A stretch of DNA of 19,274 nucleotides, filler included, from Phallusia mammillata (GCA_965637545.1; 2 parts of 2 records of this genome joined end to end with filler, not necessarily neighbours in it); one strand, 5' to 3'. Shown: positions 1 through 10,586, counted from the whole stretch's first letter. Numbers and translations: made by a program. The notes: generated by a model not told the origin, from the sequence alone.

Positions 1-539
1 CTAGAAACTTTCAATAAAATTACAGAACTTTGTGCTGACGGCCTGAAGCATTTTGTGTGGTGTTCCACTGAGTAAAAAGAATGTGGCGCGGACTAGACGA
101 AAGTTCAGATGCAATGAAAATGACATGTGTTGATGTTATGTAATAATCCTAATGCAAAAGAAAAAAGAAACTAACTATAAAACGTTTTAACCAGTTTCAT
201 TCAAGCAAGGTATTGTATTTGCATGGATTGAAGTTTTGTGGATACAATATGGCAAGGTGAATGCAAAATTGTGAAAAAGTGTCTTTAACATTCGGAAAAG
301 GATAGTTCCTTGCCGGCTAAGCTATTTACTGTAAAGGTAGCTGTTGCAAAGTAATACCAAACGCTATTAGCACTGCAAAAATAGCATGTTCTAAACCCTT
401 AACAACATCATGCTTTTTGTTACATGTTTTGGTCAACGTCAGAAGCACACAACCACGTATAAAGACTGGAGGTTGGACGTTCCTAAGTACTTTACTGAGT
501 TCTTGTATTATAGTACTATGTGTCAAATTACTACTGTAA
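1..539 (+). CDS. Probable last two coding exons (1-71 partial, 443-539) of an unidentified protein with a hydrophobic C-terminal GPI/TM-like tail
   Basis: 1-71 reads LETFNKITELCADGLKHFVWCST(GA)|gtaaaa, a phase-2 donor. Acceptor gtcag|A at 442/443 is phase-compatible and gives E-STQPRIKTGGWTFLSTLLSSCIIVLCVKLLL-TAA (537-539). AATAAA at 669-674. No domain recognised. Confidence 0.4.
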
Positions 540-1907
540 ACGGCGTGTTGACTGTTAATTTCATGTACTATACATTGATAAGACAAATGTATTTATTTAT
601 AAATTTAATATATTTTAATATTATAATGGGTCACTAGTTGACTATGATGGACGTGTTTGCAAATGTTTAATAAAATTCTTTTTTTGGCAAATTGCACGAA
701 TTTCACGCAATTTTAACTGACATTTACTTGTAGTGATCATCGTTTTCCTGGGTATTGCATGTTTAGAAGTGGCGGGATCTGTGGATGCAAAACAGAGGCG
801 GTTTGCTGCAGCGCTTCATGAGAGCTTAAATATGTTGTGCAACACATACTCTGTACGTATTATTACAACAGTTTTGTGAGTATTTTAACGTGTCCGTCTA
901 TTTTAATATGTATTTTTTTAAATTGTACACTCAAAACGGCAGTTTAACTGTGGGGTTTTAGACATAGAATTTTATCAGAGAAGTCAAAACCGCAATTTTT
1001 GTTCTTGAACAAATAGTACTGCCAAGGCAAAGTTAATAACTTAAATCGCACTTTTCACATAAATACAAAATAAAAACATTTTTATGTAGGTCGAATCTCA
1101 AGCTGTTTGCAAGTCTGTTTCACAATTGAATTGGATTCCACATCCAAGAAATATTAGAGACGTAGGTTTCTCGTTGTCCATTTGTATTAAAACAATACTC
1201 TGACGATTGTTTGTTTAGATGAAGTGCGACTCAAATCGTATGCAACCGGTAATTGAAAAATTACGTCAAACATGCGTTAAAATTTGCCAAATCAAGGCTT
1301 CACGAGTCCCACCCCAGGACAGCATTTTAAGGTATGCAGGCAAAATTAGATACTAAAACAAAAATTTTATTTTATTTAATTATTTCTAAAACTATTTTAT
1401 TTTTGGCCGACCCTGGCAACGTAAAATCTAAAATCCGCAATGAAAAAAGATATTATATGTTTTTGAATAAATATTCCTATGGGTTACATATATTATGTAG
1501 AACAACTTATGTTATCTTACCCTAATTTGTAAACTGTTTTAATTTAGATATATACATTTTTTATCACACCTTTAGAACAACCCACCTTGCATTCTGGGCC
1601 AACATTACAATGGTTTGCGAACATCATCTTTCCCCCAATGTCATTCAATTTTGCTTGGTAAGAACATCTCATGATGCAACCAGTGTTTAAGGATCACAAT
1701 TTGTTTCTGAAAAAGTGAATTTATTTAGAAAAACGAAACGGAATTGCACTGCGACCAACTGGCAACGAATGGCACTCGTAGAAACGATGAAATAGCTTTG
1801 GTGGGTTTCGATTAAATGGAGTATGTATGAGTTGTAGTGTGTTTAAACTCTTTCGTGGCGTCGATATTTAGAGAACGTGCGTCCTTCTTTACCCCAAGCG
1901 GCTATAT

Positions 1908-3304
1908 TTAGACGGAAAATAAAATCGCCATAACACCGAGAACACAAACTGTAACCGCACAAAACTGCCTTTAGTGAAATGCAATTGGATAGAAAACAAA
2001 TTCTCCTGCAAAAAAAGAAATGAAATTTACTAAAAAAAGTAGGCATTTTTGCCCTTTTTACCTGTAGCGCTATTAACACAGGAACTCAAAGTACGCCGGT
2101 TTGGCAATTTCTGATAAGTGGCTCAACGAAGCATAGGTGTATACTATACTTTGACAATAATTGCTGAGTCAGCATTTTGCTAAATTCTATGTTTATACTA
2201 GAGATGTACCGAATATTCGGTTTGCCGGATTTATTCGGCCGAATCGGTCATTTTTGCAAAGATTCGGTTTCGGCCGAATAATTTGTTGCGATTCGGCCGA
2301 AACCGAATCTTTTACGAACACAAATTTAAAGCGTTAAACGTGTCTTTTCTGCTTAAGGTACCACGCAAATCTTTCAAAAGCCCAAACATAACGAAAATCG
2401 CGTCAATTTTTATCTTTTTCAACACAATATCGGTTTCCCACTGTTGTCAAAAAAATAAGCAACTCATTGGCAGATTGCCAATCATGCTTGAGGCAATTTT
2501 AAACCCCACAGAACTGAAATGAGGACGAAACACAACTATTCTGCACTAATTGCCTGGTAGATAAACATTTTTTCATGTCAAACGCGTAGCGTACGACTTC
2601 GCGTGACGTCATAAATGATTCGGTTGATTCGGCCGAATTTATTCGGCAAAACCGCCGAATATTCGGTTTCGGCCGAATCGAAATTTCGCCGATTCGGTAC
2701 ATCACTAGTTTATACCTCTACCATTTTTAACATGTCATTTGCAATCCAGCCAGTAAAACGCCCTAAAATTAGGTTATAAGTATTTCATTTTCAACCACAC
2801 CTCAAAGTAGACATTTTGCCATAAGCAAACTAAAATTGCCTGCTGAGTTTGCGATTTGTGTGTATATTTAGATTTTCCTAGAATTTTGTTTATAATTCTC
2901 AGGAAGAAGTTCAACCAGTTCTACAGAAGACTGTTCAACTCATTTATAAAATTCAGTGTCTTTCCCTGACATTCAGCCACCAGCGTGCAAACCGTCGACA
3001 ACAACCAATTTGGAACTGAAAACAACCAAATTAATTTACAAAAGCCTGCTATTGCTTTGTTAATACGCTTGTGCTTTTTCATGGCATAGCCATACCGTAT
3101 CATTAAAATAAAAAAGTAACGTTATTAAACGAAAGAAACATACAATTACAAATGACTGTATAAAAACGTCGCCAAACAAACAAGCTAACACCTTTCAAAT
3201 GACAGCGACATACCAAATATTTGCTTGACCTAATGTTGGGTCGTACTCGTTACACAAAGCATGCTTCAAATGCAGCCTTGTAACTTGCCATGCTTCTTTG
3301 CTTT
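1908..3304 (-). other. Candidate small-exon spliced gene or gene relic of unknown identity
   Basis: Five GT-AG segments chain in compatible phases: 3304-3214, 3015-2993, 2762-2722, 2110-2062 and 2005 onward. They give SKEAWQVTRLHLKHALCNEYDPTLGQANICSKLVVVDGRFTGWIANDMLKMKLPNRRTLSSCVNSATGEFVFYPIAFH*, then in the same frame RQFCAVTVCVLGVMAILFSV*. Exons were chosen post hoc and I recognise no homology. Confidence 0.25.
2199..2707. mobile_element. Complete non-autonomous hAT element (MITE), 509 bp
   Basis: TIRs TAGAGATGTACCGAAT ... ATTCGGTACATCACTA. Perfect 8-bp TSD GTTTATAC at 2191-2198 and 2708-2715. Multiple subterminal ATTCGGCCGAAT/TTCGGTTTCGGCCGAA repeats at both ends. No transposase ORF. Confidence 0.92.
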
Positions 3305-3978
3305 CTGCGTATAGTTGCACAGAAAATTATTCATTGCTCATCAAAAAGTGAAGAGTAAAACTGAATCAAAAATTTGTTGTGACTAATTTTCAAAATTAAT
3401 TCCAAGCCACAAAATGAAGTTGTTTTCTCATCTAAATTATAAGTTGTCACAAGCTTGGTATTTCCGTAAATACAACATGTGCTGTGTTTTGTGTCAAATA
3501 CCGTATTGGGACTTTTTAGGTATAAGTAAACCGCTCGTTCTTTTACAATGTATTGCAATGCGTAATGTCATCACATTAAATGCATAATATTAACATAAAA
3601 GTAAACTTAATAAACTGATGTTGCAATGGATATGTGTTGTTCGCAAACTTCTTACTGTATAAGTAAGTTATAAGTAGGAATTTGCCACTGCGCGGTATGC
3701 ACAAAGGAACATTACAACGTAAAATTACGATTTACGCAAATCTCTCTGATTTAATCAAAAGTATACATAATTCTAACATTATAATTAGGTGAGGACACGT
3801 TCAGTCATACCAAACCGTAGTGCAAAAATTTTCCTGCTTTTTCGTAGGTGTTTTAAGTCCATGACGGTTTAACGTCGGTGTTGATTTTAATGTTTCTGGT
3901 TAGACTACAAAAAATGGATTTGGATGTTTAAAGAGAAAGTTTTGATTGGTTAAGCACGATCGATAACACTATTTATCA

Positions 3979-4045
3979 CAGTGGTTCTCAACCTTTTTCT
4001 TTCGTGGCCCATTTTTATTGCTCAAAAATTCTGTGGCCCAGTAAA
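3979..4045. mobile_element. Left-end fragment of a hAT (Charlie-like) non-autonomous element
   Basis: Begins CAGTGGTTCTCAACCT, a typical hAT/Charlie terminus, followed by GTGGCCCA subterminal motifs. No matching right TIR or second TSD found, so the end coordinate is approximate. Confidence 0.5.
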
Positions 4046-4238
4046 TTTTTATGAAAGAAAAAACAACTATACAATAGGTTCAGAAAAAAAAATGCAGAAC
4101 ATATTTCAAACAGATTATAAGTTCAAAACAACTATGCAAAGCGTGTGTCCTGAAGTTTCGGCCTGATCCTCACTCTATATATTTTTAGTTTGCTTGCCTT
4201 ATGGTAAATTTGTATTTTTTTTACTAGGGGAATCAAGA

Positions 4239-4324
4239 ATGGTTCGAATTGAATTGTTTGCCTTGGTGTTTGTCAACATTCTTCTTTTCGTTGAACCAAA
4301 GTCGGGAATATGGCCAAACATACG
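4239..4324 (+). CDS. Protease exon 1: signal peptide
   Basis: ATG 4239 gives MVRIELFALVFVNILLFVEPKSGIWPNI(CG)|gtaagc: hydrophobic core and a strong phase-2 donor. Upstream acceptor ttactag at 4227. Confidence 0.7.
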
Positions 4325-4756
4325 GTAAGCAATAAACTTGTATGATGCAACAAACTGTGCAGGTCTACTAAAGCATTGAAAAAACAAAGGGTCATGTAGT
4401 TGTAACTTATTTAGACAATATTGTAAACTGTGTAAAGTATAATACAAACCTGTCTTACCAAAATTTTTTAGGCCGTTATTAATAGATAAAGCTCTTGCCA
4501 CTTTCGGTGAAACTAATTATTTATGTTAGTCAAAAAAGTAATAATTTCGTTATAGTACAGAAGTTTGGGTGACGAAAAACTTATTGCTTCAACATGTGTA
4601 AAGTTAAGGAATAGCTATTTTCATTTATTTCGGACATTTGGCTCGAACCAGCTGTAAAAAATGTTTCTTTTTAGCTTTAAGCGAAATGTTTAAGGAGATG
4701 ATCTGTCGCATGTACTTTGTTTATTGTTTTTCTTTTTCAACAATGCGTTTTTCTAG

Positions 4757-4791
4757 ATCTCAGAATGTCAAACGAAGTGTTTGTTCACTAG
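4757..4791 (+). CDS. Protease exon 2 (35 nt)
   Basis: ttttctag|A SQNVKRSVCSL G|gtagtt; phase 2 to 1 bridges exons 1 and 3 exactly. Confidence 0.55.
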
Positions 4792-5118
4792 GTAGTTAAC
4801 CTAACTATACTTAAAAATATATTTGGATTTATAAACATATGGGCAAAGTTCCTTTAAAACATCCGTTATACTAGTTGGGTGCTTTTGTTTTCTTGTTAAC
4901 TGGGCCCAAACTTGATAAAGTATTATTAAAGTGCATTATTAAGCCCAGATTATTTCGGTTAATTAGATTTACCAAAATGAAACTACAAAACAATGGTAAA
5001 GCTTAGTTCATAGTATGACCCGAATGAAGTCAGTTTTCAAATAAACTAAAGCCCGAATCAGCATTATTTTACAACTTTGTAAAACTGCAAAGTTTCCAAG
5101 TTACCATGTTGCTTGCAG

Positions 5119-5204
5119 GTTATTATGCGTCAAGAGCATTCACAATGAGCTACGACTTTACGTGCATTTCTTGTGGGCAAACTTGCTGCGAGAGGAAAAA
5201 GCGG
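5119..5204 (+). CDS. Protease exon 3: Cys-containing pro-region
   Basis: ttgcttgcag|GYYASRAFTMSYDFTCISCGQTCCERKKR|gtaaaa; phase 1 to 0; CG motif and polybasic RKKR. Confidence 0.6.
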
Positions 5205-5935
5205 GTAAAAATTGGAACGAAGAGCTCCTCGACAAGCGAATAAGGACGCGATGCGTTTTTTTACGTTTGAAATCAACAAACGATACAAAATAACGACCAC
5301 AAAACAAATTGGTTATAAATGCAACAAGCAAAATTCCATGTTTCAAACTGTATGCATTGAGAATGAATACAACAATATATAAACGAGCAGAATGTCAAAA
5401 ATAAGGAAAACAAGTCATTTCCTGATACGTTAATATTCAATTAAGTTGTTAATCTGGGGTGTGGATAAATATTCGGGCTTGAAATCGATCCAAGTCTGGC
5501 ATAATTTGGGAAATCAGCCTGCAGTAAAATACTAAATTTTGCTGTATCTGAATTGTTTATACGTCACCTGGCAACAAATCCTTTATGAATCCGTACTTGA
5601 CTCCTGCGTTTGTCATCGGTCCAACGCTTAGAGGCGCCACAGAGCTTCAGTTCTCTTTAATATTGTTCTAAAACAATTGAGGACATAAAAAGTTTATTTT
5701 ATCGTTTACAAACACAAATATTTTTTGTCAGTTAACCAGCATTAAATTCACTGCTATTCTCGTTAACATACCGTGCAATGTGACCTCAAATTGCATCAGT
5801 ACGCTTCCTCTAAGACGCCTTATTTCACGAGAAAATTTTAACGTACACACAAAAATTACAACAACTTGGGACACTTTAATGTGTGCGACAGACACAGGCA
5901 CAATCTTACGTTGCAAATAAATCTTGCTTTCCCAG

Positions 5936-6114
5936 TTTTTTACACGTAGATGATTTCTTTTAGGGGATGGAAAAAATGCACGACGTCGACAGTTTCCTTG
6001 GTCCGTGGCCAATTTCCAAAAAAAAATTGTAGGTAATTTTATGAAATGGAAATACATCTGTGGCGGCGTTCTTCTAAGCGGGAGTGTCATCGGTACAGCT
6101 GGACATTGTATTCA
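5936..6114 (+). CDS. Protease exon 4: N-terminal part of S1 domain with catalytic His
   Basis: cttgctttcccag|FFTRR*FLLGDGKNARRRQFPWSVANFQKKIVGNFMKWKYICGGVLLSGSVIGTAGHCI|gtaagt. An alternative acceptor at 5963 would skip the TGA but is phase-incompatible with exon 3. Confidence 0.8.
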
Positions 6115-6374
6115 GTAAGTTTCATCTGATTAAATGCTATGGCAGTTAAATATTTGATCCAAGGGCAGTGTCATTTGTTTTTTGCAAGTCACTGAGTGAT
6201 ATACGCTTATATTTCCAAACAAGATAAAAACGAAAATATTTTGTCTTGTATGTCGAAAAATATGAGCAGTGGGTCCCTATTTCTTTCGGGTGTTATATTT
6301 TATGTTGCCTAAACAATTTGTAATTGCTTATAAAAAAAACACGTCAAAAATCTATATTATTACCTATTTCGCAG

Positions 6375-6560
6375 TAACAAAACTTTTGTTGAAAATCTAC
6401 GCGTGACGGTGGGTGAGGTGGATATCGAAATTGACAGATACGGAATCAGGCAACGTTACGTTACCGAGCTAAAACGTCTCATACCCTCCAAAACGATAAT
6501 AGAAAAGGATGATCAAACGCCCCATAGAGAAGATACATGGACTGGACCGGATATTAGAAG
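6375..6560 (+). CDS. Protease exon 5
   Basis: tttcgcag|(H)NKTFVENLRVTVGEVDIEIDRYGIRQRYVTELKRLIPSKTIIEKDDQTPHREDTWTGPDIR|gttagc; open, phase 2 to 2. Confidence 0.75.
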
Positions 6561-6741
6561 GTTAGCTTAGGCACGCGCAAATTTGTTCTCTTTGCGGTTA
6601 CTGTCCAAATATTTGTTGATGATCATGTAATACTTAAAAGTTTGCTGAACTTTAAAGGATTTTGTTTGATTTTTACGATTTTAGCGTTATACCAAGGCTA
6701 TTGTGTAGATAAGTAGATTTACAGTTTATGAAATGTCGCAG

Positions 6742-6868
6742 GAGGGATTTAGCCTTGTTGTTTCTGAAAGAAGAAGTGACAAACCCACGCAACTGTCTTC
6801 GAAAACGAGAGGAACTCGTCAGAATGATACCGTCTGTTACGGCATCGGACATGGAAAGAATAAACAAG
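6742..6868 (+). CDS. Protease exon 6: catalytic Asp, internal frameshift
   Basis: RDLALLFLKEEVTNPRNCL in one frame and NDTVCYGIGHGKNKQG|gtgcat in the -1 frame. The acceptor (gtcgcag) is weak. Confidence 0.7.
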
Positions 6869-7118
6869 GTGCATATGTTTATTCAATGTGCTGACACGAG
6901 TGACATTAATTTTTGTTTCAAATTCAGGAGAATACCAGTTATGTGCCCGAAAAATAGCCGTTGAAAAACGGATTGAAAACTCGACCTCTTATATATCACA
7001 AAAGTGCCATGGCAATGCTTCTCAAACTATGTTAATAAGGCTAAAATAATTCCAGAAACTTTTTAGCGTTTTGTTATCAAAATTGTGCTAAAAATTAAAT
7101 TTTTAATTTCTTCTCCAG

Positions 7119-7254
7119 GCAGCATGTCAACTCGGCTGCAATGGGCAGAGATAGAACTTAACTTTGACAACAAATGCCTGCAAGGTAAACTTGACACGTC
7201 TGATGGTAGCATGCTTTGTGCCAGCAATATGGTGGACGAACCGTCAGTTGCGAG
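7119..7254 (+). CDS. Protease exon 7, frameshift near 3' end
   Basis: ttctccag|GSMSTRLQWAEIELNFDNKCLQGKLDTSDGSMLCASNMVDEPSV, then TGC GAG (CE)|gtaagt lies in the -1 frame. Confidence 0.8.
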
Positions 7255-7618
7255 GTAAGTCAACATCCAAACAGTGGCGTAGGCAGCCGAAAATTTTGGA
7301 AAGGGCCAACAAATGTGTTGTACAAAACCGTTTGCTTTTGTTAGGGTGTGTTTTACGCGTGATTTACCAAACAACGGATTCAACGGATCCACCAAATGCT
7401 TTATTTACGGCTTACAACTCAATGATAACAGTCAATTTTGGCAATTTATATACACCCTTTGATTATAATTTAGTCACAAAGAGATAAAGAGACCAAACCA
7501 CACCGAACTTTAAAAATTTGGTTGGGGCCATGGCCCCTGCAGAACATTAGTTTTCGTAATGGACAAGCATAAACCAAGTTTTTATCTGGTTATTTACTTA
7601 CAAAACATTATTGTGCAG

Positions 7619-7890
7619 CTTGACAGCGGAAGTCCTGTGTTTTGCTTGAAGAGAAGCTTGAAAGAGATAATCTTTGTTCAAGCTATTACTTGGCAGGATT
7701 TTTTTCCTTTCATCATCGACCTGAATACGGTTGCAACGGGAATTTTACGGTGCTGGCTGATCTGACGAACGAGCAAAATAGCGCATTGGTACATATTGCC
7801 GCAAAAGTCGTGTCATACGACAGCCTTCAAGAATACTGGATGTTTGATCTTGGCGAGACTCTCTGTTCCTCAATGACCAGACCTTACTAA
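7619..7890 (+). CDS. Protease exon 8: catalytic Ser, internal frameshift, stop
   Basis: gtgcag|LDSGSPVFCLK, then in the -1 frame DNLCSSYYLAGFFSFHHRPEYGCNGNFTVLADLT...TRPY-TAA. AATAAA at 8171-8176. Confidence 0.8.
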
Positions 7891-8327
7891 CTGGGAAATT
7901 TGTAACTCAGCAGTAATTAGACCAGTAAATGAATTGACAACACATAAAGGCGTAGTTGGACACTTATTTTGTAGTTTAATCAAATCTCTAACCAAAATTG
8001 TCTAGTTTGCTTTACAGTAAGATTATAAAAAATCAATGTGAAACTATCCCTACTCAACCGATGTAAAAATATTAATTACAATTATTGAACTTGTTGACGG
8101 ACTGGAACGAATTACCGATCACGATTTTTGTCTTGTATATATGTTTCTTTTTTCTTACATTCACACCTGCAATAAAAACAATCAATACATTAAAGAATTT
8201 AAACTTATGGTGAAATCAGCACGAAACAGTTAGTCTTAGTCTGCACTTTCACTTTCACTTGATTTGTGTTTTGATTTCGTAAAACACAACAGACGCAGAA
8301 CAAATACAGGCTTATCAAATCTAGTGA

Positions 8328-8830
8328 TTTGAGTTTGAGTTGAGTTTATTTCGCTTGGTGAAAAAAAACAACAACAACGACACAGTAGCACTAAAATACC
8401 AACCTGAAAAAGCTGCGCTGAGGGTTAGACAGAAAGATAAACTACCGGAAGTAACCCTGTCGGATGGGTAATTACATTTGAACACTAACTTTGAATTATT
8501 ATTGCATTCGTAATTAAGAAATTGGTGAAAAAAATGTCATTCACATTAAATAAAGGTAAGGGCAATACATTAAAGGGATAAATAATTAAAACAGCTAAAC
8601 GATAACAAATAGATAAACAAATAAAAAATCCACAAATAAATAAACGAAACAAAACAAAAACAATGCACGGCCGAGAGATCGGTTGACAGTCTTCGTGATG
8701 CATTGTCAACGGGCGCTTCAATCTAAAGGTAACCATGTGAGATAACCATAATAACCATGTAACGATAAAGACAAACCGCAGCAGGTGACCAGTTCCACGG
8801 CGATATATGCATAATCTACCCAACACATTA
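8328..8830 (-). mobile_element. Probable 3' remnant (3' UTR and tail) of a CR1/L2-like LINE, or a LINE-tailed SINE
   Basis: The minus strand ends AATAAA-CTCAA-CTCAAA-CTCAAA, a short tandem tail. Just upstream is a stem AGGGTTA...TAACCCT (8421-8427/8452-8458), preceded by T-rich and GC-richer blocks, the same layout as the 3' UTR of the large LINE. 5' boundary and TSD not determined. Confidence 0.4.
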
Positions 8831-9023
8831 AGTCTTTATTAAATAAAAAAACACATTGTGTAAACACAGCAAACTCATAGGTGATATTTAAGTGTTATTC
8901 TTGCATTAAGCCATACAGTAAAATGTGTGAAGGTTGTTAAGTGTGACATTGTGACGTGGGAACATGCCAAACTGAATTTATTTAATGAAGAGCTTGGGTA
9001 AAAAAATGAATGATGCTCTATAG

Positions 9024-9542
9024 CAGGGGTCTCCAAACTTTTTTCACTGAGGGCCGGATAAGTTTAATAATGGTTCGCGAGGGCCGCAAACTTTACATGC
9101 CCAAGCGCCGCCTTTACAAACTTAGCCCACGAGGCGATTTTTATAGGGGCGCCAAGATATGGTCTTTCTACAACAATCCCATTTAGTATCTAGTGATGCG
9201 ACTGTCAAACAGTGTAGTAAGTCTCATCTTACGATAGCAATGCTGATGGTTTACGTCACAGGTAACAAAAAAGGCAATTGTTTGCGCACAATTAACACTT
9301 GTAGTATTATCTATGACGTAACAAACTGGCTTTGGATCAATCCTGGGGGTTGCAATCCAATGAAACTAGGTAATATCAATTCTAAATATCGTGACAGGAC
9401 AAGTTTAGTATGGAGCAGATAAATTTTTAAACTTTACAAAGTTATCAATACGACTTTACAAACCAAAATATGTCGTCGCGGGCCAGATGAAATGACCTCG
9501 CGGGCCGGATCCCGCCCGCGGGCCGTAGTTTGGTGACCCCTG
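9024..9542. mobile_element. Complete non-autonomous hAT (Charlie-like) MITE, 519 bp
   Basis: TIRs CAGGGGTCTCCAAACT ... AGTTTGGTGACCCCTG. Perfect 8-bp TSD CTCTATAG at 9016-9023 and 9543-9550. Subterminal GCGGGCC/GAGGGCC repeats. Confidence 0.92.
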
Positions 9543-10586
9543 CTCTATAGGATCGCAACCGATCGCATTACCTCGCGGAGTACAGTCAATTACGTCAAGC
9601 AGGAGCTGAACCCGCCGGTTACTGTTGGTCAAATGAAACGCGCCCAAAAGAAACATTAACGCAGTTTCTCTAGACGTATTCTGTGATCCGTTCGGCAGAC
9701 TCAAGGGTCCCAAAATGCGGTCATTCAAGTCGGGACGCAGGTGGTCCGAAAGCATCCGTCGAACATCGCTTATTTTTTTTTGCTCGTCAAAACTGGTCAC
9801 ATGAAAAACATTATTGCCGGATAAAATACTTTAAACAAGCAGAAGTTAAAGGTTAGTGTTTACATCTCAGTGTACGCATTTCGAATGTTTAAGACATAGC
9901 TGTTCTTCCAAAACTCAAAGGAATTATTCAGACGTTCTGTCCGCTATACAAATAGTAGTTTTGTAATTGTCCATTTTTGTCAATCTCCGTAAATCAGTGT
10001 ATACCAACCGCGTGAGGTTTGTTTAAGCTCAATAAACTAAGCAGAATATTGTGTGGATAAAAAGCGTTTCCTGTGTTGGGTTGCTAAAATAAAACAAGCA
10101 AGCAAAAATACATTAACACTGTCAAAGTTTTGAGTAGCCTAACAATACCTTCAAAATGCTTTAGTGAGGATTGGCGTGACGTGATTCCGGTTCGCATCGA
10201 TTGGCATAAACAGACATGGCCACGTCTGGATAGCTAATCATAACATCACTTTTAACCAGAAAAAAACATGTCCATTTACGAGAAAATAACCGTGAACGGA
10301 TGTTGTGTCTGTCTTTACTAACTCCAACGTCATGTTGTATGTTTAAATTTGTCTGAGCGCATTGAGTCCGTGGCAAATGGTCAGCGCTTATTTTCAAAAA
10401 TAATATAGTTTGGAGCTGCAGTATGTAACAGCACTGTAGTCCAATCTCCTCTAGCAGTCTTTGTAAAGTATGGAGAGGAAAGCAGATTTGCCTACATTGC
10501 AAACGTCAAAATGCTTTTACGCCAACTGTGATTTACAACTACTTTTGGCATACAGGAAATCATATATGATAGGGGTGAAAAGTAAA

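Larger units (their letters stand above)
4239..7890 (+). pseudogene. Secreted chymotrypsin-fold (peptidase S1) serine protease gene, 8 coding exons, disrupted as assembled (1 in-frame TGA, 3 single-nt frameshifts)
   Basis: Exons 4239-4324, 4757-4791, 5119-5204, 5936-6114, 6375-6560, 6742-6868, 7119-7254, 7619-7890, all GT-AG. Motifs: signal peptide, FPW, ICGGVLLSGSVIGTAGHC (His codon 6104), LRVTVGEVD, DLALLFL (Asp 6746), CYGIGHG, LQWAEIEL, SMLCAS, LDSGSPVFC (Ser 7625), YLAGFFSF..GC. Exons 6, 7 and 8 are each 1 nt short of phase compatibility. TGA at 5951-5953. Confidence 0.85.

Noticed and set aside
769-852. Open GT-AG-bounded plus-strand segment (EVAGSVDAKQRRFAAALHESLNMLCNTYS)
   Set aside because: Lies downstream of the putative poly(A) signal and has no partner exons or homology I can recognise.
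2199-2707. CRISPR-like array of palindromic repeats
   Set aside because: The repeats are irregular, lack unique fixed-length spacers, and lie within TIR/TSD boundaries in eukaryotic DNA.
2993-3250. Ras-like fragments (EYDPT, KLVVV) in the minus-strand candidate exons
   Set aside because: They are in the reverse order to Ras and there is no GxxxxGKS, so this is coincidence.
7524-7537. 14-bp perfect palindrome GGGGCCATGGCCCC in protease intron 7
   Set aside because: Isolated, with no TIR or TSD context. Possibly a transposon scrap, but unsupported.
8241-8262. (CACTTT)n run resembling a second LINE tail (GTGAAA repeats on the minus strand)
   Set aside because: Too short, with no canonical AATAAA or recognisable upstream body.
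10161-10502. 113-aa minus-strand ORF and a PWQMVS protease-like hexamer on the plus strand
   Set aside because: No domain motif continues in any frame, there are multiple stops, and no CGG/AAHC follows.
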